A DNA stretch of 53,642 nucleotides from a virus (Duplodnaviria > Caudoviricetes). The notes below the pieces were generated by a model that did no database searches, was not told the origin of the DNA, and saw only the letters and a program-made list of their open reading frames with translations. Both the position numbers and the translations under genes were made by a program. The stretch spans positions 1-53,642 of IMG/VR virus record IMGVR_UViG_3300020400_000008. The stretch is one strand, 5' to 3'. Shown in pieces: positions 33,625 through 41,900 of this stretch (its first letter is position 1; each line of letters opens with the position of its first letter).

Positions 33625-34263
33625 ATGAGTCGATGCACCTGCCACGATACCCTTGTTGTCAAGAACCTGAACAGGTGGTTCAAGGAGAAGTGGGTCGATG
33701 TGTCGAGGAAGGACCCGAAGACGGGCAAGCACCCACCGTGCGGTAGGGACAAGGCCAAGACCTCTAGCAAGGGCTATCCAAAGTGTAGGCCGTCCGTCAA
33801 AGTGAGCAGCAAGACCCCAAAGACATCAGGCTCCATGTCGACAGGGCAGAAGAGAGCAGCAACCAAGAGGAAGAGAGCCAAGAGGCAAGGTGTGGGCGGC
33901 AAGCCCACAATCGTCAAGATACTCAAGTCCTCATCGGAGTACCATGCCACCTTCGATCTGGAAGGGGTCATGCGAAATGGCATCATAGGTAGCCCAACGT
34001 CACGGAGATCCAACAGGCACATCCCACAGTCTCTGAGAAAGGAGGACTCCGTGTCGTACACGTGGCCAACGCTTCAGGAGGCACAGGACTTTCAAGCAAG
34101 GAGGATGCAAGAGACGGGGATAAATTCCTCTAGGGCTGGTATAGTCAGAGTCAACAAGAGCATGCTACCTCCACCCACACAACACAGAGAGCCATACGGG
34201 AACATCAGCCTCGTTCGATCGGGTGGTATCCCACCCTCTGCATTGTCAAGGGTACAGGAGTAG
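33625..34263 (+). CDS. two-module protein: basic Cys module plus ART/Tpt1-like domain
   Basis: LNRWFKEKWVDV...CGR...YPKCRP; after IVKILK comes YHAT...GI...SYTW...IVRV...GGIPPSAL. Confidence 0.6.
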   Translation: MSRCTCHDTLVVKNLNRWFKEKWVDVSRKDPKTGKHPPCGRDKAKTSSKGYPKCRPSVKVSSKTPKTSGSMSTGQKRAATKRKRAKRQGVGGKPTIVKILKSSSEYHATFDLEGVMRNGIIGSPTSRRSNRHIPQSLRKEDSVSYTWPTLQEAQDFQARRMQETGINSSRAGIVRVNKSMLPPPTQHREPYGNISLVRSGGIPPSALSRVQE

Positions 34264-34292
34264 TTAAGTAAAGGTCAATCGAGGGGTCAAGT

Positions 34293-35513
34293 ATGTGGGG
34301 TAGCGCTTTTCTCACTGACTCCTTCGAGATCATCAAGTCGGAGCCTGAGAAACTCACTGCCCCAATCAGGAAGAACATGTTCTCAACCACTGGTGAGGGA
34401 TGGTTTGAGACGCACTTGGGTTGCTCTGCCGCTGACTTCGTCGACAAGTTGCGCAAGATGAGGAGACACAACAAGGACTCCAAGTCCGAGATAGACACGA
34501 TCATCGAGGACGTCAGGACACTCAAGGCCCTAGAGGTCAAGGCCACACTCGATCACATCCCATGGGCTGACGACAGGCATGACACGATACGCAACCTCGG
34601 TCTCTCCGACAGGGATCTCAAGAGCCTCAGAAGATTCTCTGACAGCAGGCAAGTGGGTCTCATACAGGCATGCAACATGTGGGAGGGGGCAGACGCAGCA
34701 CTCAAGTCGCTCGATGATTTCGAGGACGTGTGGGGCAACGAGGAGCAGATGGCATGGGCGAGGGCCATGCAGAGCAAGACCGACGCACGGAAGATGTGGA
34801 GGTCCACCCTACATCAGGCAGACAGCCTCAGTAGCAAGGACAGGGAGACCATCTCCAAGTCAGCCGAGATACTCGCCATCGAGGGACCCCTCACATCACG
34901 CTCCCTCCATGAGAGGCTCATGCAACAAGGCGCAGTCCACAAGAGCATGACACCCTCCAAGTTGTCGAAACTCCTCAAGATGTATGGGGACGCCAATGAC
35001 ATCACATCAGGTGCATCGAGGGGCACCTTCGTCAAGATGCAGGGCAACGGGCTCATACTCAAGGACCCCATGGCGTATGCCGCCGGGTTCTTGGACGCCG
35101 ATGGGTACATCACCATCACAGGGAGGGGTGAGGCACGTGCTGGCTTCGTCGCCACCGGTGACAGGGGCAAGGCTCACTGCGAGCAGTTGCACAAGACACT
35201 CGACTGCGGTGTGCTGCAACTCGATCAAAAGATACACAAGAACAGCACGAGGAGCCAACACAGGCTCCAGTTCTACTCCAAGGCCGATGTCGAAAAACTC
35301 CTGAAGGGCATCCTACCGCACCTGAAGATGAAGGACACACAGGCAAAGGCCGTCCTACAATACATCCATGAGGAAGACCCCCTTCGCAAGGAGCAATTGA
35401 TGCGCGTCGTTCGCTTCTCGAATTGGAAGGATGATACTAAGAAGGCCGAGGATCTGCTAAGCGAATGGGAGTGCACAGTTGATGATATCACAAAATGGTC
35501 GGAGGGACTTTGA
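34293..35513 (+). CDS. LAGLIDADG endonuclease-domain protein
   Basis: YAAGFLDADGYITI...ILPHLKMKDTQA in the C-terminal third; long unrelated N-terminal region. Confidence 0.8.
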   Translation: MWGSAFLTDSFEIIKSEPEKLTAPIRKNMFSTTGEGWFETHLGCSAADFVDKLRKMRRHNKDSKSEIDTIIEDVRTLKALEVKATLDHIPWADDRHDTIRNLGLSDRDLKSLRRFSDSRQVGLIQACNMWEGADAALKSLDDFEDVWGNEEQMAWARAMQSKTDARKMWRSTLHQADSLSSKDRETISKSAEILAIEGPLTSRSLHERLMQQGAVHKSMTPSKLSKLLKMYGDANDITSGASRGTFVKMQGNGLILKDPMAYAAGFLDADGYITITGRGEARAGFVATGDRGKAHCEQLHKTLDCGVLQLDQKIHKNSTRSQHRLQFYSKADVEKLLKGILPHLKMKDTQAKAVLQYIHEEDPLRKEQLMRVVRFSNWKDDTKKAEDLLSEWECTVDDITKWSEGL

Positions 35514-37264
35514 TGGCAGATGACGAGAGCAGGGTCAGTCGATTCCTATCCGCGTTGGGTAGGCCATTCCGAAGGAGAACCACTCCCCAGCCACAGATGC
35601 CCCTCTACACGACGGGCATACAGGAGCCGGTGCTGGCTCAGGGCATCACCATACCGGCGTTGTACGCAGTCTCGCGTGAGAACCTCATACTGAGGACCGT
35701 CCTCGCCAAACTCAATCAGGAGATATTCAGGAGGGGGTACTACTGGGAGAAGAAGTTCGAGTTGAAGTGCACAGACTGTGGTGAGGAGTACAACCACGAG
35801 ATCGACGTCTGCAAGATGTGCGATGGTCCACTGAGGAAGTGCGACCCGGACGAGATCATCTACCCGAAGTGGCTCCTCAATCAGGAGAACTCCATGGAGC
35901 AGTCATTCATGCACGTGCTACAGGAGATAGAGCATGACCTCAACGTCGTCGATGACGCGTTCCTCATCCTCGTCAAGGAGTACTTCGTTGATGAGAAAAC
36001 CTCGGAGATCATGTTCTACAGGGTCAAGGAGATCATCAGGGGTGATCCCATCTTCATGAGGATCGTGTCCGACAAGCGTGGTGTGCGTGGTGGTAGGTAC
36101 AAGGTGTGCCCCATCCACCGCGACCAAGTCTCATACCCCGGTCAGGACGATCCATGTCAGGTGTGTGGCTCCAAGATGGAGGATGCACACTACGTCAACA
36201 TGGCAGGAAGTGGCAAGACGCAGTACTACCTCAAGGGCGAGGTGGTTCACGTCAGCAAGTACAACCCATCCAAGTTGTACGGCAAGAGCCCCGTCAACAC
36301 GATGTGGCGCCAAGCGATGACACTCACAGCCATGGACAACTACATGTACACCGCATACCAGAAGAGAAGGGTACCAAAGGGCATTATATCAGTCACGACC
36401 GACAACCTCGAGTCGATGAAGTCGTTCTGGAAGGCCGTTGACGAGAAGATGGAGCGAGACCCCCACTACGTCCCGAAGGTCGGCATAGAGTCAGCCACGG
36501 GCAGGGGCGGTGTCAACTGGGTCAAGTTCATGGACACGATGGAGGAGATGCAGTACATCTCCGTGCGTGACGAGATAAGAAACAGGATAGCAGCCTACTA
36601 CGGTGTGAGCGCTGTTTTCATGATCGACAACGGGAAGAGCGGTGGGCTCAACAACGAGGGGATGCAGATCCTCGTCACCAACAGGGCGGTCGAGTTCGGT
36701 CAGAAGGTGTACACGGAGATCCTGTTTCCACGCATGCTGAGGCAGATGGACGTGCACGACTGGAAACTCACACTCTATCCGAACGAGGAGGAGGACGAGA
36801 TTACCAGACTACGGAGGGACGAGATGGAGGCCAACCTCGCACAGCGAATGCTGATGCTCGGCTACAAGCCCGAACTCCTCCAAGAGGGACAACGTGACAT
36901 CCGATTTGTTTATCGTAAGCAAGCACCAGAGATGGAAGGGGCTCCACCCGGCGCACCTCCTGCCGGAGGGGCTCCACCGATGATGCCACCGATGGCCGGA
37001 ATGGCTGGTGCACCACCAATCATGGGTGGCATGCAAGCGAGGGGGATGCCTCCGGGCATCATGCAACAGGTCATGCCACCATCACAACCCGGAGGTGAGG
37101 GTGTCGGCATCAGGACGCCAAGCGGTCCAGCACGTCCACAGCAGCGATCATCCATGGGTGCTGGAGCACCATTCTCGAGCGTCCAACAGAGGGGTCCAAC
37201 CAATACTCTGGGGCAGAATGTCTCCAACGCTCTACAGAACGCCAGAAGGCCTCGTGGTGCATAA
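35513..37264 (+). CDS. portal protein with zinc-ribbon insertions
   Basis: follows TerL; SKLYGKSP, PKGII and IAAYYGVS; inserts CTDC/CKMC and CPIH/CQVC; Pro/Gly/Met-rich tail. Confidence 0.85.
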   Translation: MADDESRVSRFLSALGRPFRRRTTPQPQMPLYTTGIQEPVLAQGITIPALYAVSRENLILRTVLAKLNQEIFRRGYYWEKKFELKCTDCGEEYNHEIDVCKMCDGPLRKCDPDEIIYPKWLLNQENSMEQSFMHVLQEIEHDLNVVDDAFLILVKEYFVDEKTSEIMFYRVKEIIRGDPIFMRIVSDKRGVRGGRYKVCPIHRDQVSYPGQDDPCQVCGSKMEDAHYVNMAGSGKTQYYLKGEVVHVSKYNPSKLYGKSPVNTMWRQAMTLTAMDNYMYTAYQKRRVPKGIISVTTDNLESMKSFWKAVDEKMERDPHYVPKVGIESATGRGGVNWVKFMDTMEEMQYISVRDEIRNRIAAYYGVSAVFMIDNGKSGGLNNEGMQILVTNRAVEFGQKVYTEILFPRMLRQMDVHDWKLTLYPNEEEDEITRLRRDEMEANLAQRMLMLGYKPELLQEGQRDIRFVYRKQAPEMEGAPPGAPPAGGAPPMMPPMAGMAGAPPIMGGMQARGMPPGIMQQVMPPSQPGGEGVGIRTPSGPARPQQRSSMGAGAPFSSVQQRGPTNTLGQNVSNALQNARRPRGA

Positions 37265-37303
37265 GTGTAATTAAGGCAGCATGCCTACGGCCGGGCGAGC
37301 ACG

Positions 37304-37663
37304 ATGGATTTAACGAAGATGGACCCAATGGCTCGAAAGATGAATGTCCACGCAGTAGCCCTTTCTGAGGCTCTTGAGACCGGTGATGCTGAACTTGCGA
37401 AGTCGCACATCAACGAAATCCTCAAAGTCGGTGATTTCATGCTCGAGGACCTAGACTTCTCCATAGCCAAGTCACAGGAGGCAGAGATAAGCCCGATCAG
37501 CAACTTCGCCAATGGAGTACCAGTGATCAAGTACAATGAGCGAGGCACGAACTTCAACACCGACAACAGGAGCAGGCAACTACCCGGCACCATCATCTCA
37601 TCGAGGACCAACTCGAGGATGAGGCCGCACACAGGAACATTCGGTGGGTACAGACCACAGTAG
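37304..37663 (+). CDS. hypothetical head-region protein
   Basis: 119 aa; TAATTAA box upstream; contains IAKS. Confidence 0.7.
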   Translation: MDLTKMDPMARKMNVHAVALSEALETGDAELAKSHINEILKVGDFMLEDLDFSIAKSQEAEISPISNFANGVPVIKYNERGTNFNTDNRSRQLPGTIISSRTNSRMRPHTGTFGGYRPQ

Positions 37664-37671
37664 GTGCTTGA

Positions 37672-38019
37672 ATGGCCGAAGAGCAGGATGTCACTGAGCG
37701 ACTCATGAACGCTCTCATCTCCAAGATGGAGTCCATGGACAGCGACATCAAATCGGTCAGGGCAGAGAACGACCAACTCAGGAAGATGATGTCCAACCCA
37801 GCCACGCTCCTGAAGAGGGCTGGCTACGTCAGGACCAATACACCTCTCTCTGAAGACATGTTAGACGATCCCTTCAGGATGGATGACACTGTCATCAAGT
37901 CAGAGGGAACAGCGAACAACCAACTAGACACATACACCAACGAGGAGGTGCATGAGATGTCATGGGAGGAGATCCACGAGATGGCCTCGCAACACAGGGA
38001 AATAAGGGAGTTGTACTAA
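37672..38019 (+). CDS. coiled-coil protein with scaffold-like C-terminus
   Basis: ends ...MSWEEIHEMA, matching the protease/scaffold C-terminus MSWDEVHNLA. Confidence 0.7.
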   Translation: MAEEQDVTERLMNALISKMESMDSDIKSVRAENDQLRKMMSNPATLLKRAGYVRTNTPLSEDMLDDPFRMDDTVIKSEGTANNQLDTYTNEEVHEMSWEEIHEMASQHREIRELY

Positions 38020-38020
38020 G

Positions 38021-38773
38021 ATGGTAAGACCGAGATACAGCGATGCAAGCACAGACGCGATCAAGATGTTAGAGAAGGCACACTTCTTACTGCAGAAGGC
38101 CGAAAAACTACAGATGGTCGAGCACGACGGCAAGAAGGTCCCCCACTTCGCCGCTGATGGAAAGGGCCACAAGGACGAGAAGAAGAAGGCTGACATGGCT
38201 GAGAAGGACAAGTACTGCATGAAGCGCTTCGGCAAGAAGTACTCAGACTGCTCGGAGAAACAGAAAGCAGAGTGCGACAGAAACGTCAACAAAGTCGAAA
38301 AGGCAAGTATGGCTGAAAAGGACAAATACTGCATGAAGAACTTCGGTAAGAAGTACTCTGAGTGCACAGCGGCACAAAAGGCACAGTGCGACAAGGCTCA
38401 CGGTAAAGTCGAGAAAGGTAGTGAGAAGTGCCCAAAGTGCGGCGACAAAATGGACAAGGGGATGTGTATGAAGGCCGGTTGTGGAGGCATGATGAAGTAC
38501 GGCAACGTGCAGAAGGGCCCCCACCACAAGGAGCAGTCCTTCGACACGAAGCCCGGAGGCGTTCAGTTCATGGCCGAGTCAGGCGGACAGACATACAACG
38601 CCTACTACACGACGAATCAATCGCTCCTTGAATCAGACGACGTCGCAAACAAGGGTGCTAGAAGGGAGAACTACAGCCTAGAGGCACTTGGTCCAATCAC
38701 CAACACACACGACAGGGCTGTGGTCACCCACGAGATAACCAGTGGTGGGGAAACGAGAGCACCAGAGGCGTGA
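38021..38773 (+). CDS. Cys/Lys-rich repeat protein
   Basis: two 38-aa repeats MAEKDKYCMKxFGKKYSxC..., followed by CPKC. Confidence 0.75.
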   Translation: MVRPRYSDASTDAIKMLEKAHFLLQKAEKLQMVEHDGKKVPHFAADGKGHKDEKKKADMAEKDKYCMKRFGKKYSDCSEKQKAECDRNVNKVEKASMAEKDKYCMKNFGKKYSECTAAQKAQCDKAHGKVEKGSEKCPKCGDKMDKGMCMKAGCGGMMKYGNVQKGPHHKEQSFDTKPGGVQFMAESGGQTYNAYYTTNQSLLESDDVANKGARRENYSLEALGPITNTHDRAVVTHEITSGGETRAPEA

Positions 38774-38776
38774 GAT

Positions 38777-38926
38777 ATGATTGACGTCCTTGTTTTCAGA
38801 AAAGCAAGAATGGCTCCCTGTGGCGCTTGCGGTGTCAACCCCATGGAGGGTGACAGGATATGTGCACTACCCGGAACACTACCCCATCCGATAGAAGGGT
38901 GCAATGATTACAGACCGATGCAATAG
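38777..38926 (+). CDS. small Cys-containing protein (49 aa, absent from ORF track)
   Basis: manual translation MIDVLVFRKARMAPCGACGVNPMEGDRICALPGTLPHPIEGCNDYRPMQ. Confidence 0.5.
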   Translation: MIDVLVFRKARMAPCGACGVNPMEGDRICALPGTLPHPIEGCNDYRPMQ

Positions 38927-38936
38927 GTGGTAGCGT

Positions 38937-41900
38937 GTGTATGAGGACGCTGCTGACATTTTCATAAGGGCACGTGACGCCCTCATAGAGTCAGTCGACA
39001 ATGACGTGGACATCGACTCCTCCATGCGGGAGTACATATTCGCCAAGTCCAACTTGAGGGCCCATGGGTTCGACTACGATCTCACGTGGCGTGAGATGAT
39101 GTGCGACAGCCTCGTCAAGCAGGAGGGACGGGAGAGATTTGTTCCCAGTTCGGAGTACAAGAGGAAACTGAGGGAAGAGAGGAGGGAACAGCACAAGGGT
39201 CACCTCCCACGCACGAACCACTTCGCTGGTCGCATAAAGAGGAACGACCCATCGGTGTCACACGGCATGCCAGTGAGTGCAATAGCAGATCCTACACGAC
39301 ACCACAGCAGGGCTGATGAGCACATCCTGTCAGCCATCCACGACCCCCTAGAGAAGAGGTCCATGACAAGTGGGGTCCCGCGGAAGATAGACTTCCTAGC
39401 AAGGAGGTTCCTACCCGACGAGGAGGGCAACTCCCGATCCAAGGAGGTCAAGAGGGCAGAGAGACTCATCGAGGACTGGATGGGTGGGACGAACAATCCC
39501 CACGTCACTGAGAACAAGGAGGGCACCTACTCATACCCTCTCCTCGGACCACTCGGTGACTCCGTCGACCAATCCATACTCAGCCACGAGGACGACATCT
39601 ACGAGAGGGACTTCAGGAGATGGAGCCGGGACAACGCAGCGGGTCAGGACAGCAGTGAGATCAGGCAACAGCACTTCAGTGACAGGGCAAAGGGGTGGAT
39701 GGACACATCAGGCCCCGAGTTCGACGAGTCAGGTGAGTTGTCCGAGGATGACAAGAAGATCCTCGAATACCTATCAGAGAGACCAGAGGCAGAGGCCATA
39801 CGAGAGAGGATGGGAACCTCATCCATCACCAAGCACCCCTCCTACCTGAACCAGTTGTCGTTCATGCTCGGTCTCCAGTGGCTCTCACCAGAGGAGCGCT
39901 CCAAGGTCATGTCTCACTTGAACGAGCACGGTAGCGACTCCAAGGAGCAGCATGTGAAGTTCGACGACGGCACACGACTTCCCATGGGACGCTTGAAGAG
40001 AAACATGAGGATGGCATCGGCGAACGCGCTCAGCCACGTCAGGAGGGGACCGAAGGCAGGTCCGCACAACGTCGCACCCGCGTGGTCGCAGTCATACGAT
40101 GTAGGAGCAGGTGTCGATGATAGGGCACTCTACTCCGTTCTCGAGCATGCGTACTTAGTCGATGGTAAGGTCACTTTTGACAGGATAGAGGCGGAGAAGG
40201 CGGAGATGGCTGAGAAGGACAAGCGCTGCATGGATAAATTCGGTAGGAGATACTACGAGTGCACAGTAGAGCAGCAGAGACGAATCGACAGGGAAGTCGA
40301 GGGTCACGGCAAACTCATGAACAAGGCCATGGCCAATCTCCACGAGGCCTTTGGCATCAAAATGGATGACGATAACTACGTGGAGCGATTCATGCACCTA
40401 CCCGACCTATCTGCATCCCAACTGGCTGGCATCAAGGGTGACATGGTAGATGAGATGGAGACACTCACCGCCAGCAAGAAGAAGGGGAACGTGGTGAAGA
40501 GGGACAACCTCCTACACGTGCTTGGCTTCGACAGTAAAGGGAACGAGATACCAACCGGCGACCATGGCTACCCGAACCACTCAGGCCCATTGATAGACAA
40601 TGCCCACCTACAATCCCTCCTCAACAAGGAGAAGGAGTTCAAACTTCTACCCAGCAGACGCAGGGAGATACAGGACGTCCTCTCCTTGTTCGGGACAAAC
40701 GTCCCATTCAAGGACATCGAGAGCCTACCAACGGAGATCCAAGAGGCCATATCCGTGCTTGGTGACAAGCACTTCGCAGGTGACTTCGCAAGCATGTACC
40801 ACGAGGGTGGGCATGCCATAGACCAGCACATACTCACCGAGAAACTTCACGACCACCACTCGGAGGGGGATGACAGCATCATCTCGACCGTGGACAGGAA
40901 CAAGGAGGCCATCATCCCGAATCCGAGGAACATGGGTCTCTTCGGTCATCTGATGCGACCCTCCGCCGAGTCGGACCTCGGCCCCCACGCACTACAACAC
41001 CACTCCAACTTCCTAGGGACGTCACTCTTCAACCACGCCCTCTCCTCCGTCACTTTCCCCTCCGTGGCCAGACTCCTGCACGGTATGAAGCAGTCCGAGG
41101 TCGGATCGAGGTATGGCAAGCAGCAGACCATCGACCAACTCAACAATCTACTCATCGACTCTGCGACGGAGGGCAACAGGAAGAACATACCATACGGCAA
41201 GGGAATCATGATGCTACCGAAGGACATCACCGACTACGATAGGGAGTTGGATCGTGAGGTAGGGGACTTGTTCGCAGGTGGTGGGTCCGTTCGCAGAGAA
41301 ATGAACCTAGACGACTACAGACTCATGTCGGGGGAGCAGAGGAGGAACAAGATCGAGCACATGAGACTAGCCTCGCTGCTTGGTGGTATCCATGACAGGT
41401 TCCCAGCAAGGAACTCACGCATCGACTTCAACGAGGACAACATCAGGCAACTCGAGCAGGCATTCTCTACCACCGATGCCACAGGTGACAGGAGAAAGGC
41501 AGCGAGTCGAATAGATCAGATGAACCTCAAGCACCAATACGAACTCAAGTCGATAGTGGACGCAGCACGTCACCTCGCCACACTCCTACCACCAGAGGCC
41601 CTCGACCCTGACAACCCGGCGTTCGATGCCAACATCAGGAGGCTCTTCCACGATGCCAACAAGTCGTTGCATGTCCTACCACCTGATTATTGGGAGGGTG
41701 TTGGTGTCAGGCCGATGACCGCTGACTACATGATATCCAAGCAGATGCAGACAGCCGAGCCCATCTACAGCCAACTGAGGGAGCGCCTCACACAAGGTGG
41801 TGGCATACCAGTCACCTCCCGCTCCAACCCAAGCGAGTTGGCAGAGCAACTAGGGTTCCCCTTGGACGACGCCCACATCCAACACGTGCGATCATATATC

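Noticed and set aside
34293-35513. Intein or group I intron
   Set aside because: The ORF has its own start and stop, lacks intein C/S...HN termini, and the flanking TerL and portal genes look uninterrupted
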